Source: an uncultured Actinomycetes bacterium (lineage in GTDB: Bacteria; Actinomycetota; Thermoleophilia; RBG-16-64-13). Taken from it: a stretch of DNA of 64,000 bases. The notes below the pieces were generated by a model. It saw only the letters and a program-made list of their open reading frames with translations. It searched no databases and was not told the origin of the DNA. Shown piece after piece: positions 12,101-22,760 of this stretch; the first letter of the stretch is position 1, and each line of letters opens with the position of its first letter. Both the position numbers and the translations under genes were made by a program. The stretch lies in contig CAWJDT010000001.1 in assembly GCA_963841735.1 (NCBI GenBank), forward strand, positions 288,001-352,000, given 5' to 3'.

Positions 12101-12708
12101 GAGGTCATCGCCTTTCGTCGCTCGCCCTGGGTGCTCGGACGCTTCAGTTCGCTCCAGCGGAAACAATCCACTGTGTGATCGTTTACCATGCCGGTTGCCT
12201 GCATATGCGCATACATGATAGTCGGTCCGACGAACCGGAACCCGCGCTTCTTTAGATCGACACTCAGGCGCTCAGCCGCTACCGTCTTGACCGGGATCTC
12301 CTCGATGCAACGCCAGTCGCCAGGCAGGGTCTCTCCGTCGACAAACTGCCAGACATATTCGTCGAAACTGCCGAACTCCCCTTGTATCTGCAAAAATGCC
12401 TGCGCGTTAACAATCGCCGCCTTGATCTTGAGCCGATTGCGCACGATCCCCGAGTCGCCCAGCAAACGCTCAACATCCGCCTCCCCAAAAGCAGCGACCT
12501 TCGACGGATCAAAGCCCGCGAATGCCCGCCGGTAGCCCTCCCGCTTCCGCAGGATCGTCAGCCAACTTAGACCGGCCTGCGCTCCCTCCAGAACCAGGAA
12601 CTCGAACAGAAGCCGGTCGTCGTGCACCGGCACTCCCCACTCCTCGTCGTGATAGGCGATGTAGAGGGGGTCCTCCCCGGCCCAGGCGCAGCGCGTCAGC
12701 GTACTCAT
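12097..12708 (-). CDS. tag: DNA-3-methyladenine glycosylase I
   Basis: RCAW..YHDEEWG, LEGAQAGLSW, GFRFVGPT and GMVNDH..C motifs. Confidence 0.95.
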   Translation of the reverse strand: MSTLTRCAWAGEDPLYIAYHDEEWGVPVHDDRLLFEFLVLEGAQAGLSWLTILRKREGYRRAFAGFDPSKVAAFGEADVERLLGDSGIVRNRLKIKAAIVNAQAFLQIQGEFGSFDEYVWQFVDGETLPGDWRCIEEIPVKTVAAERLSVDLKKRGFRFVGPTIMYAHMQATGMVNDHTVDCFRWSELKRPSTQGERRKAMTS

Positions 12709-12843
12709 TGTTCGAATGTAGCACAGCCCGGTCACCCGCCGAGAACCGCCGACACGCGCAGACGGTATGATGAGCGACGTGAGCAAGACCCCACAGCAGA
12801 GACACCTGGACCCCACACCGCATTCCAGCCCGACAGCGACGCC

Positions 12844-14103
12844 GTGCGGCTGACGCGCAGCCCCTCATACCGCTGGGTCATACTGGCCGTAGCCTTCTTG
12901 GGCATCTTCGGGGCGGCCGGCCTCAGCCGCTTTGGCTACAGCGCCGTGCTGCCCGATATGCAGAAGACCCTGGGGCTGAGCGGAGCCGAATCCGGATCGC
13001 TGGCGTCGTGGAATCTTGCCGGCTACACCATCATGGCCCTGGTGGGAGGCTTTCTGGCCTCGCGTTTCGGCGCCCGCAAAGTTGTGACCATCGGCATGGT
13101 GGTCACCGCGGCGGGCATGCTGCTGACCGGCCTCTCCGCAAACCTGGCCACGGCTTCGGCCGCGCGCCTGCTGACCGGCTTGGGCAACGGTGTGGTGATG
13201 GCCCCTTCGGTAATGCTCATATCATCCTGGTTTGACACCCGCCAGCTTGGACTGGCATCGGCGATCGCCTCCTCAGGGACGGGTCTCGGGCTGGTGGTAG
13301 CGGGACCGTTGGTACCCCGCATCATCGCGGACAGCGGCGAGGCGGGGTGGCGCATCTCCTGGTACGTCTTCGCCGCTGTGGCGCTCTTCATGGCGCTCTT
13401 GACGGTGATCCTCGGACGCGACCGGCCCTACCGCGCCCCCGGCGCAGACCCGCCGCAAGACGCTACCCGTCGAACCCAACGAAAGTCCATCCGCTCCGAT
13501 TTGCGCGAGGTGCTACGCTCACGCTATGCCTGGCACCTGGGGCTCATCTATGTGCTCTACGGTTTTGCCTATCTTATCTACTACACGTTCTTCCAGAAGC
13601 GCCTTACCACCGATCTCGGGCTGAGCGCGGGCACAGCCGGCACCCTCTTCCTGATAGCCGGCGCAGCCAGCCTGGTGTGCGGTTCGTTCTGGGGCGCCTT
13701 CTCCGACCGAGTGGGCCGTGGCCGGGCGCTGGCGGCCATCTTCGTCTCAGAGGCCGTGGCTGCCTGCCTCCTGGCTTTCCGGCCCGGGTCGGCCGGCCTG
13801 GTGATCTCAGCCGTGATCTTCGGTTCGGGAGTCTTTAGCGTGCCCGGCCTCATGGGTGCCGCCTGCGGTGAACACTTCGAAACAAGGCTCGCGTTCGCGT
13901 CCTTTGGCTTTGTCACCGTGTTCATCGGCATCGGGCAGACGCTCGGACCATATGTGGGAGGTCTGCTCGAAGACAAATCGGGCACGCTCAGCACCTCGTA
14001 CCTGCTTTCGGCCGGCGTCTTCGTCGTGGGCGCCGTCGTGGCCCTGTTGCTGCCGGACGCCCGAGTGGCTGAGGGGGCGCAGGGGCCCGTCTCCATAACT
14101 TAG
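12844..14103 (+). CDS. MFS transporter (YbfB/YjiJ-like); start uncertain
   Basis: About 12 TM segments; GLSRFGYSAVLPDM; MFS motif-A-like loops ASRFGAR and SDRVGR. Confidence 0.85.
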   Translation: MRLTRSPSYRWVILAVAFLGIFGAAGLSRFGYSAVLPDMQKTLGLSGAESGSLASWNLAGYTIMALVGGFLASRFGARKVVTIGMVVTAAGMLLTGLSANLATASAARLLTGLGNGVVMAPSVMLISSWFDTRQLGLASAIASSGTGLGLVVAGPLVPRIIADSGEAGWRISWYVFAAVALFMALLTVILGRDRPYRAPGADPPQDATRRTQRKSIRSDLREVLRSRYAWHLGLIYVLYGFAYLIYYTFFQKRLTTDLGLSAGTAGTLFLIAGAASLVCGSFWGAFSDRVGRGRALAAIFVSEAVAACLLAFRPGSAGLVISAVIFGSGVFSVPGLMGAACGEHFETRLAFASFGFVTVFIGIGQTLGPYVGGLLEDKSGTLSTSYLLSAGVFVVGAVVALLLPDARVAEGAQGPVSIT

Positions 14104-14185
14104 TAGCCGAGGGGCACAGGGTCCCCTTTCGTTCGCGCACCCTACCATGCGCGACTCACCCGGGGACCCTACGCCCCTCGGCCTT

Positions 14186-14893
14186 TCAGCCCGCTTCGTC
14201 GCCCCAGCTATGGCCTCGAAAGACCGCTGCCGCATTGCCGACGATGGCATCTCCGTGTGCGAAACAGGCCGTCTCGAAATCCTCTTGGCCCAGCCTACTC
14301 AGGCTCTTCAGGCCTTCGGCCAAGTCCTCGTAGATAGGCGAGAGAACCAGCCCATCGACGTTCTTGCCCGCGTCGCCCACAAAGAGCACCCCACCGTCCC
14401 CGGGCCAAAGAAACGACAGGTGTCCCAGTGCGTGGCCCGGAGTGCCCAGAACCGTGATGCCGCCCGCCACCGGGATGATCTCCCCGGGTTGGGCCTCTTG
14501 GTCTGCCTCCACGGGAGTGCACGTCTGGGGACTCGCCATGACGATATTGGTGGCAAAGTCAAGGTTCTTCTGTCCGGGGGCGGGCTTCCACGGACGATAC
14601 GTCCGCCCGGCGCGCACCATCGCCGCCTCGGCGGGGTGCATCCACAACCTCGCTCCCGTGGCCGCCTTGATCTCGGCCAGGCCGCAGGCGTGGTCGGGGT
14701 GGCAGTGCGTGCCGAGTATGTCGCGGATCTCATCGGTGCGCCGGCCCAGCGCGCGCACGGCCTCCTCTACAGCAGCCATGCTCCCCTCAAAGCCGGCGTC
14801 GATGAGCGTCAAGCCCTCCGGCAGCACGATCAAGAAGAGGCTGAGCGCACCCGCGTCCACCGCGTACACATGCTCGGTCACCTGGCTGTTCAC
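14186..14893 (-). CDS. MBL-fold metallo-hydrolase
   Basis: LIDAG, THCHPDH, TPGH, GD and AHG metal-ligand motifs. Confidence 0.9.
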   Translation of the reverse strand: MNSQVTEHVYAVDAGALSLFLIVLPEGLTLIDAGFEGSMAAVEEAVRALGRRTDEIRDILGTHCHPDHACGLAEIKAATGARLWMHPAEAAMVRAGRTYRPWKPAPGQKNLDFATNIVMASPQTCTPVEADQEAQPGEIIPVAGGITVLGTPGHALGHLSFLWPGDGGVLFVGDAGKNVDGLVLSPIYEDLAEGLKSLSRLGQEDFETACFAHGDAIVGNAAAVFRGHSWGDEAG

Positions 14894-15075
14894 CCGCGGG
14901 CCCGTCCTTTCGGTCTTGGTTGAAGCGATACTAGCAGGCACCGCCAAATAGCCGCATCGATGCCCGGTAGAATCTTCGCGCGCGCAACCCGACGGGCGGC
15001 GGCGCTTCTCCGGCCGAGACTCACTACCAGTGGCTTCTCAACACCCAGTCCCAACAGCACCAGGATTTGCCCGCC

Positions 15076-16101
15076 TTAGGCGAAGCCCAGTTCCGCCGCG
15101 TTGTCGTGGTAGAGCAGCTGCTTCTCCGGTGAGGTCATGCCCCGGCTTTCCAAGAAGGCGATGCTCTCGGTCATCTCCTCGTAGGGGTAGTCGGTGCCCA
15201 GCAGGATCTTCTCCATGCCCAAGGCGTCACGGGTACAGTTGAACGCCCCCGCGAAGTAGTTGCCGCTGGTGGTCACCACCATATTGTCGCGCAGGTATTC
15301 GCTGGGCACTTTCTTCAGATCGGGCACCGCGTCGGGATCGGCCGCTTTGATGTGCGGGCGCACGAAGGGGTGGTCGATGCGCTGGTTGAGGAAGGGCAGA
15401 CCCTCGCCGTAGTGGCCCAGCATGATCTTCAGCCCGGGAAACGCGTCGAAGGCGCCGCTGAGTACCAGCCGCATCATGGCCGTCGCCGTCTCCAGGCCGA
15501 AACCGAAAGCCGCGCCGGCCAGTGCCAGACCGTAGGTGCGCAGCTCGCTGATCATGGGAGCGGTGGGATGCAGGTAGATGGGCACCTTCAGCTCTTCGCA
15601 CTTGGCCAGAATAGGCCAGTAGCGCTTGTCGTCTATGAAGGAGTCGGCGAAGTTGGAGTGCGTCTTCCAGCCTTTGAGGCCCAGTTCCTTGACCGCCCGT
15701 TCCAGCTCCTTGACCGCCGCCTCAGAGTCCTTGGGCGCCAGAGCGGCAAAACCGGCAAGACGGTCGGGATACTTCTGGATGGCTTCCGCCAGAGCGTCGT
15801 TGACCCGCATGGCCAAGCGGGTGCCGGCTGCCGGCGCGAGGTGGTCCACGCCGGGCGCGGTGAGCGACAGCACTGCCAAATCGATGCCTGCCGCGTCCAT
15901 CTCCTTGATGCGGCCCTCGCCCAGGTCGAGCAGCCGGTCGAGCAGCTTGTCGCCAAACGGCTCGAATGCTTCGGGCCAATACCAGAGCCGGCGCTTGCCG
16001 GTAACGGGGTCTTCGGTCAACCGAGGATAGACGTCTTCGCCGTACAGGGAGTCCACCCATTCCGGAGTAGCGAAGTGGGTCTCGAGATCGATGATCTTCA
16101 T
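15076..16101 (-). CDS. Amidohydrolase-2 family protein, similar to non-oxidative aromatic acid decarboxylases
   Basis: IDLETHF, YLHP, GHYGEGLPF, TTSGN, GTDYPYE and NA..L motifs typical of the 2,3-dihydroxybenzoate/gamma-resorcylate decarboxylase group. Confidence 0.85.
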   Translation of the reverse strand: MKIIDLETHFATPEWVDSLYGEDVYPRLTEDPVTGKRRLWYWPEAFEPFGDKLLDRLLDLGEGRIKEMDAAGIDLAVLSLTAPGVDHLAPAAGTRLAMRVNDALAEAIQKYPDRLAGFAALAPKDSEAAVKELERAVKELGLKGWKTHSNFADSFIDDKRYWPILAKCEELKVPIYLHPTAPMISELRTYGLALAGAAFGFGLETATAMMRLVLSGAFDAFPGLKIMLGHYGEGLPFLNQRIDHPFVRPHIKAADPDAVPDLKKVPSEYLRDNMVVTTSGNYFAGAFNCTRDALGMEKILLGTDYPYEEMTESIAFLESRGMTSPEKQLLYHDNAAELGFA

Positions 16102-16156
16102 AGCCTGGCCTTTCGGGTAATGGCTGCGCGGCATGACGGCGCCTCTCTTGGCGCTC

Positions 16157-16447
16157 TCAGCCGCCAGCGATGGGTAGGAAGATGAGCACATCGTCACCTT
16201 TGACTAGGATGGTTTGCGGCGCCTGCTGCGCACTCAGATCGCGACCGTTGACCACAATACGGAGCGGAGCGTAAGGGCTGGTCGCCTGAGGATTACCCGC
16301 ATAGCGGGCGAAAGCCTCGCCCTTCTCCTCGGCGAGCATGTCGAGCAACCCGCCCACGGTGGTCCCGTCGGGCACCGACCTGGCCACCTCTGCCTGGCCC
16401 AGCAGTTGCCTGGTGAGGCCGACGCCCCTGACCTTGACTTCCACCAT
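16157..16447 (-). CDS. MoaD/ThiS-family sulfur carrier
   Basis: 96-aa beta-grasp protein with IVVNGR and C-terminal PIAGG. Its ATG overlaps the AOR stop (TAATG). Confidence 0.9.
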   Translation of the reverse strand: MVEVKVRGVGLTRQLLGQAEVARSVPDGTTVGGLLDMLAEEKGEAFARYAGNPQATSPYAPLRIVVNGRDLSAQQAPQTILVKGDDVLIFLPIAGG

Positions 16448-18321
16448 TAGAGACCCAGCCGCTCGGCCACGTAGCCCAGCCGCAACTCTTCCAACTTGGC
16501 GCGCGTGGGCGCTCCCTCGTGCGTCCAGCCCCGAGCCTCGTAATACTCGTCGAGCATGGCATCCAGGTCGGCCTGAGAGATCATCTCGCCCTTGGAGGCC
16601 CCTTCCTTTATGGGCTCGGTCTTGAGGCGCTCGGGCAGGTCGTCGTCGGCCCTGGTGAAGCCGGCCAGGATATTGAAGGCCCTGGCCACATTGTTGATGC
16701 GCTCGCCCACCTGGTGCACCTCTTCGGGTGTGAACTCGAGGCCTGTGAGCCCCCTCATGATGTCGGCGGTGTTCTCGAACATGAAGTCGGCCACAGCCAT
16801 GTCCATGAGAAACACACACATGGTCGACGAGTCGGCGATGGCCGTGCGGGCGTCTTGGTTCCACTTGGTGAGCTTGCCCTTGCCCTCGATCGCCAGCCGG
16901 TCTACCGCGTAGGGGATGGGGATGCCGAAGATCTCCTGGAAGGCATATCCCTTGTTGTGATCAGCTCCGGTGAACGCCGTGGCCAGGCTGAGGCCGTGAG
17001 CTTTGGCTCCCCGCACGTCATAGCCGGGTAGTTCCAGGCCCTTGATGTGCATGGCGTACTTCTCGCTGCCTTTGCCGATCTTGGCCGCGGCCGCCTTGGT
17101 GCCGTCGGCAAGGAGGTCGCCCAGCCCAGGCTGCCTCTCACCCATCATGTGCAGCAGCTTGACCATCGACTGGTCGTTGCCGAAATGGAGGTCCATGCCC
17201 CCGGTGTCTCCCAGCGTGAGGATGCCCTTCTCGAACAACTCCATGGCAAAGGCGATGGTCACCCCGGCCGAGATGGTGTCGATGCCCAGTTCGTCGGAGA
17301 GGCGGTCGGCGGCGATGATGGCGTCGGGATTGTCGACCCCGGTCACCCCGCCAAAAGAGTATAGAGTCTCGTACTCCGGCCCTTCGGCGAGGATGCCCGT
17401 GTAGGGCGGCTCTTTGGCCAAGCGCATCTGGCTGCAGGCCACCGGACATCCGGCGCAGGCGGTCTTGCCCGCACTCAGGGCCTCTATCGCGAAGCCACCG
17501 ATCTTGTCGGCGGGAGTGAAGACGCCTGTACCCGACCAGTTGACCGCCGGGTAGATGCCCAGCGCCTGGGTGAGGTCCAAGGTGGTGGAAGTGCCGTAGC
17601 GCGAGAACTCGGGATAGAGGATAGGGCTCTTCTTCATGCCCTCGCGCATGCGCTTGCGCGCGGCGTCGTACTTCTCTTTGTCGGCGATCTGCACCTGCTG
17701 GTCGCCCCGCAGGGCGATGGCTTTGAGATTCTTGGAGCCCATGACCGCGCCCAGGCCCTTGCGACCGGCCACCCGACGCTCGTTGACGATAGCGGCCATC
17801 TTGGACAGCTTCTCACCCGCCGGCCCGATGCAGCTCACCCGCACGTTCTGGTCGTGAAGCTCGTCCTTGATAGCCTGCTGGGTGTCGCTGCTCCACATGC
17901 CCCATATCTTGGCGGCCGAACGGAACTTGACCTCGCCTTTCTTGATGTATAGGTAGGTGGGCTCCGCCGCCTTGCCCTCGATGATGATCGCGTCATAACC
18001 GGCGCGCTTCATCTCCACGGGAAAATGCCCGCCGGTGGTGGCCACACCCATGGCTCCCGTCGCCGGCGACTTGGCGTTGATGGCCATCCGGCTGGCGCAG
18101 GGGATGGTGCTGCCGGTGAGGGGCCCCGGAGCGTAGACCAGCTTGTTCTCCGGGCCCAGCGGGTCGCAGTCGGGCGGCACCTCATCGAAGACGTACTTGA
18201 CGGTAAGGCCCGACCCGCCTATGAAATCCTGAGCCACTTCCACGGGCAGTGGCTCTTCTTTGAAGGTCTTGCTGGTGAGATCTACCCTCAGGACCTTGCC
18301 GGTGTAGCCGCCGCGATACAT
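16447..18321 (-). CDS. aor: Aldehyde:ferredoxin oxidoreductase (W/Mo-pterin AOR family)
   Basis: GYTGKVLRVDL, KSPATG, IGPAGE, GLGAVMGSKNLKA, CAGCPVAC, EYET, GIDTIS and LDEYYEARGW motifs. Confidence 0.93.
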   Translation of the reverse strand: MYRGGYTGKVLRVDLTSKTFKEEPLPVEVAQDFIGGSGLTVKYVFDEVPPDCDPLGPENKLVYAPGPLTGSTIPCASRMAINAKSPATGAMGVATTGGHFPVEMKRAGYDAIIIEGKAAEPTYLYIKKGEVKFRSAAKIWGMWSSDTQQAIKDELHDQNVRVSCIGPAGEKLSKMAAIVNERRVAGRKGLGAVMGSKNLKAIALRGDQQVQIADKEKYDAARKRMREGMKKSPILYPEFSRYGTSTTLDLTQALGIYPAVNWSGTGVFTPADKIGGFAIEALSAGKTACAGCPVACSQMRLAKEPPYTGILAEGPEYETLYSFGGVTGVDNPDAIIAADRLSDELGIDTISAGVTIAFAMELFEKGILTLGDTGGMDLHFGNDQSMVKLLHMMGERQPGLGDLLADGTKAAAAKIGKGSEKYAMHIKGLELPGYDVRGAKAHGLSLATAFTGADHNKGYAFQEIFGIPIPYAVDRLAIEGKGKLTKWNQDARTAIADSSTMCVFLMDMAVADFMFENTADIMRGLTGLEFTPEEVHQVGERINNVARAFNILAGFTRADDDLPERLKTEPIKEGASKGEMISQADLDAMLDEYYEARGWTHEGAPTRAKLEELRLGYVAERLGL

Positions 18322-18367
18322 GTCACACCTTTCCTAGTGAGGCGAAACCAGCGGGCTTCGTCTCCGC

Positions 18368-19519
18368 TTAGAAGTTCCGAGGCTCCGGCGCCAAGCCCGG
18401 CCGCCCCGGATACTTGGCAGCCACCTCTATCACCTTCGGATCGTCCAGCGCGGTGAGATGCCCCTTGTCGTGCACTAGTGTGTCCCCGACCCGGAAGGTC
18501 GGATTGCGAATGTCTCCCGTGATGTGCATCCAGTAAGGGTAGTCGACGGTGGCGGGTGGCGCACCGATGTGCACGTGGACGTTGCAGGTGTGGGAGTGTT
18601 CTATCAACCGGCGATGCAGCACGTTGGGGCACTGGTGCGGAGCGATCACTGCCTGCGGGTGGACACCGAAGTGCAGGGTGTTGAGAGAGTAGACCCCCTC
18701 GCCCAGGCGCCCGCGCATCATATCGAGGAACCTCTTGAGCGCTTCCGCCTCGCTACCCCCGACGATCTTAGTGATCTTGCCATCTTGCACAGTCAGGCTG
18801 ATAGGGCTTTCGAAGTAAGGCGAGATGCCTATGTAGCGAGACCACCAGCTGTGCATGCAGTCAAACACAAAGGTCCCGCTCAAGTTGCCCATGCTGACAG
18901 GAATACTCACCCACTCCGGCCAGGGCCGGTAGACACCGAACTCCTCCCTTCGCACCCAGTAGGTGGGGAAGGAGGGGTTGGTGGAGGGCAGTATCACGCC
19001 CTCCAGATGCGTCCCGTTGGGGTCGGACAACTCCCACGAAAGACCGGGCTGCATGCCCAGTGAAGCGCGATAGCGTATCTCGCTCACCAACTCGTTGGGC
19101 GTCTGCGCCCACGCGGAACAGAGAAGAGGCGCCGTTGTGGCGAAGTTGCGCACCATCGGCTTCTTGTTCTCGGTGCTCCACTTCCTGAACTCGGAGAGCT
19201 CTTCTCGGACGACGTTGAAGGAGTGATTGATCAGAACGTCGCAGCCGGCCATCGCGGCCTTCGCGATGGGCGGCAGCCGCCATTCGTGCGCCCGGGCAGG
19301 TTCGTCGATCCACAGCACCGACGCATTCGCGCCCCGAAACTTGATGCCCGACTCGATCCAGGAGATTGCCTCCCGGTCGACCATGTTGTCTCCCCCGTGG
19401 AGGCCATCGGTGTGAGCAAGAATCAGGACTTCCTGCCCAGGCTGGATCCTGGCACAGTTGTCCAGCAGGTCGCCGACGGCTATCGCCGCCTCCTTGGGAA
19501 TGCCACCCTGGTCACTCAT
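18368..19519 (-). CDS. Hypothetical metalloprotein, peptidase-M29/NicX-like fold
   Basis: N-terminal CARIQPGQEVLIL, DPNGTHL, V.DGKITKI.GG.EA, LHFGVHP, HVHIG and HITGDIRNPT match the M29/NicX architecture. Confidence 0.6.
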   Translation of the reverse strand: MSDQGGIPKEAAIAVGDLLDNCARIQPGQEVLILAHTDGLHGGDNMVDREAISWIESGIKFRGANASVLWIDEPARAHEWRLPPIAKAAMAGCDVLINHSFNVVREELSEFRKWSTENKKPMVRNFATTAPLLCSAWAQTPNELVSEIRYRASLGMQPGLSWELSDPNGTHLEGVILPSTNPSFPTYWVRREEFGVYRPWPEWVSIPVSMGNLSGTFVFDCMHSWWSRYIGISPYFESPISLTVQDGKITKIVGGSEAEALKRFLDMMRGRLGEGVYSLNTLHFGVHPQAVIAPHQCPNVLHRRLIEHSHTCNVHVHIGAPPATVDYPYWMHITGDIRNPTFRVGDTLVHDKGHLTALDDPKVIEVAAKYPGRPGLAPEPRNF

Positions 19520-19690
19520 GATGTCCCACTCCTACGCGGTCCGCTTACAGTCGCACCATCACGGTCTGCACTCTACAGGAGATACCACGCCGGGACGACG
19601 GTCATCAAGACACGCTCGTACAAAGGCTCGGGCAGCAACCGACCGGGGCTGTCCTGTGGAACACATCCCCAGCGCCCGAGCCCAATCGCG

Positions 19691-19720
19691 ACAAAGAAAA
19701 GGGGCGCCTTTCGGCGCCCC
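19691..19720 (-). terminator. Intrinsic terminator
   Basis: GGGGCGCC-TTTC-GGCGCCCC hairpin at 19701-19720, followed on the minus strand by TTTTCTTTGT. A second hairpin CGGCCCCT-CGA-AGGGGCCG lies at 19746-19764. Confidence 0.8.
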
Positions 19721-19765
19721 CCAGAGGAGGGAGACATGGCAAGAACGGCCCCTCGAAGGGGCCGG

Positions 19766-20755
19766 CTACTTCAGATACCGATCGACGAACGCAAAGACTC
19801 GGCTCAGGTTCTCCGGGGTTGCGAAGGCCGGATCAGCATGCCCCGCGCCCTGTAGGAGATCCAACTCGTACCGATGGCCGCCCACTCGCTCTTCAATGGC
19901 CCGGGCGAACTCCACCGACTGCTGGTACGGCACAGTGGAATCCAACGTCCCGTGCTGGATCAAGATGGGAGCCATGCCCTCATGGACGTAGGTCATCGGG
20001 TTGGCAGCCCGGACCTTATCCGGTACCTCGCGGATGATCCGGCCCAAGTACCTCGACTCGGGCGAGTCGGCCTCACTGTGGTCACAAGGCCCCAGACCAC
20101 TTGCGGCAAGCTGCTCATCCATCTTCAAGAAGTCGGTGGGCCCGAACCAATCGACTCCTACCGCCACTTCGGACGAGTACTCCGCGTTGCCCAGTGCCGG
20201 GTCATCGAACAGAGCGACGTGGGACGAGACGCAGATCATCGCGGCATAATTGGCGCCGGACGACCCACCGCACGCGCATATCCGGCTGGGGTCCAGCCCG
20301 TACTCTGTCCCATGAGCCCGCACCCAGCGGATGGCCGCCTTGGCATCCTGCAGACCCGCCGGAAAGATGGCTTCGCCGCTCAGACGGTAGTTCACGCTCA
20401 CAACAGCGTAGCCGCGCACCAGTCCTACCAGATGAGGGTAGAGATTGTCGTCGCGTTTGTCGCCGATCTCGAACGCGCCGCCGTGAGTGTAGAACAGCAC
20501 CGGGAACGGCCCGCCACCCTCTTCGGGCAGGTAGATATCAAGCTGCTGGACGGCGGAGGTGGGAGCGTAGGTGACGTCCAGCCACTTCCGACGGATGTGC
20601 GAGACATCAGCCGTCGGGATCTGGAATTCTTCACCCGGATGCTCCAGCATCCACAGCTCCCTCGGCGAGCCCGACTTCGCCGGGACGCCCGGCATCCCAG
20701 GAGCCCAGGTCGCTCCGGGCGTTCCACTATTGTGAGGTCCATTAGGAGTTTTCAT
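19766..20755 (-). CDS. Alpha/beta hydrolase (HSL/BD-FAE-like esterase)
   Basis: LDIYLP, HGGAF, VNYRLS, GSSGA nucleophile, HGTLD and GAGH motifs. Confidence 0.9.
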   Translation of the reverse strand: MKTPNGPHNSGTPGATWAPGMPGVPAKSGSPRELWMLEHPGEEFQIPTADVSHIRRKWLDVTYAPTSAVQQLDIYLPEEGGGPFPVLFYTHGGAFEIGDKRDDNLYPHLVGLVRGYAVVSVNYRLSGEAIFPAGLQDAKAAIRWVRAHGTEYGLDPSRICACGGSSGANYAAMICVSSHVALFDDPALGNAEYSSEVAVGVDWFGPTDFLKMDEQLAASGLGPCDHSEADSPESRYLGRIIREVPDKVRAANPMTYVHEGMAPILIQHGTLDSTVPYQQSVEFARAIEERVGGHRYELDLLQGAGHADPAFATPENLSRVFAFVDRYLK

Positions 20756-20812
20756 AAAGCCTTTCCTCGGTCAAAACAGAGTCAGGGCTGGTGCCGCAGT
20801 GCGCACGGCACA

Positions 20813-21800
20813 TCACCCTTTGACCCTCATCTTCAGGTTCTTCTGATATTCGTCGAAGGCCACCGCCGCCAGCAAGATGGCGCCCCTGACGATGAACTGG
20901 GCATAGGGATTCCACCCCGCCAGCTGCATCCCGTTTCCCAGAACGGCCAGAACGAAAACGCCGGCCACCAGCGCGGGAATGTTACCTTCACCGCCCAGAG
21001 AAACTCACGCCCCCAACGATAGCCGCTGTCAAGGCCGTGAATTCTGTCCCCGGTCCAAACGAGGATTGCGTAGAGTTGGACTTCGAGATCATGACCATCG
21101 TCGCCACAGCAGTGAGAAATCCACAAACCGTGTACACCAGGGCCTTGATGCGCCTGGTGTTGACTCCGGCCAATCTGAGCCCCTCTTCGTTGCCCCCCAA
21201 CGCGACCACGCGGATCCCCCAGACGGTCTTGTAGTAGATGAGGGCCACCACGATGACGATGAACAAGGTCAGGTAGACGTCGAAGGGGATGCCCCAAAGG
21301 CGGGCCTTGGTGATGAACTCGAAAGACGACGGATAGGCCCGGAAGGTACGGGCACCGGACACCATGTATGACACCCCCTGGAAGATCACCGACGTAGCCA
21401 GGGTGACAATGAGTGGGAACGTCCGTATCCGCGTGACTATGAGGCCGTTGATAAGACCAAGCACTGTGCCAAGTGACAGCCCTATGAGGACCGAGGCCCA
21501 CACCGGGAAGTTCCAACGCACCATCAACATGGCCGTCATCACTCCAACCAGCGACATCATGTAGCCGACGGACAGGTCGATGCCCCCGGAGATGAGCACA
21601 AAGGACATGCCAATGGCGACAATGATGAAGTAGGTGTTCTGGGTGACGATGTTGGTGAGGTTGCGGACCGTGAAGAAGCTGCCGCTCACAAGCGAGAACA
21701 GCAGCATGAGCAGGAGCAGCACAAGAACAACCGCATACTTCCTCATGAAACCGAGATTGACATGACGCCGGCTCACAATCGCGTCAGGTTGCTGAACCAT
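20813..21800 (-). CDS. Sugar-type ABC permease (RbsC-like), frameshift near 20997
   Basis: GGIDLSVG and GGNEEG motifs. After a 1-nt shift it reads GGEGNIPALVAGVF...KMRVKG* ending at 20813. Confidence 0.85.
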
Positions 21801-21808
21801 GCCGACCC

Positions 21809-22609
<801 letters not shown>

Positions 22610-22760
22610 TGAGTCCCCTAGACACGTCTCTTCAGTACCGGCAGACCAAGGGCTGGGGTAGAACCGCTCGGAGTTCTTCAACCCCAGCCCATCGGTCTCA
22701 CTCTGGATGGTCTAGTCGCCTAGTTTTCTCTCTACCACTTGCGCAGCTTCAGCGCTACCG

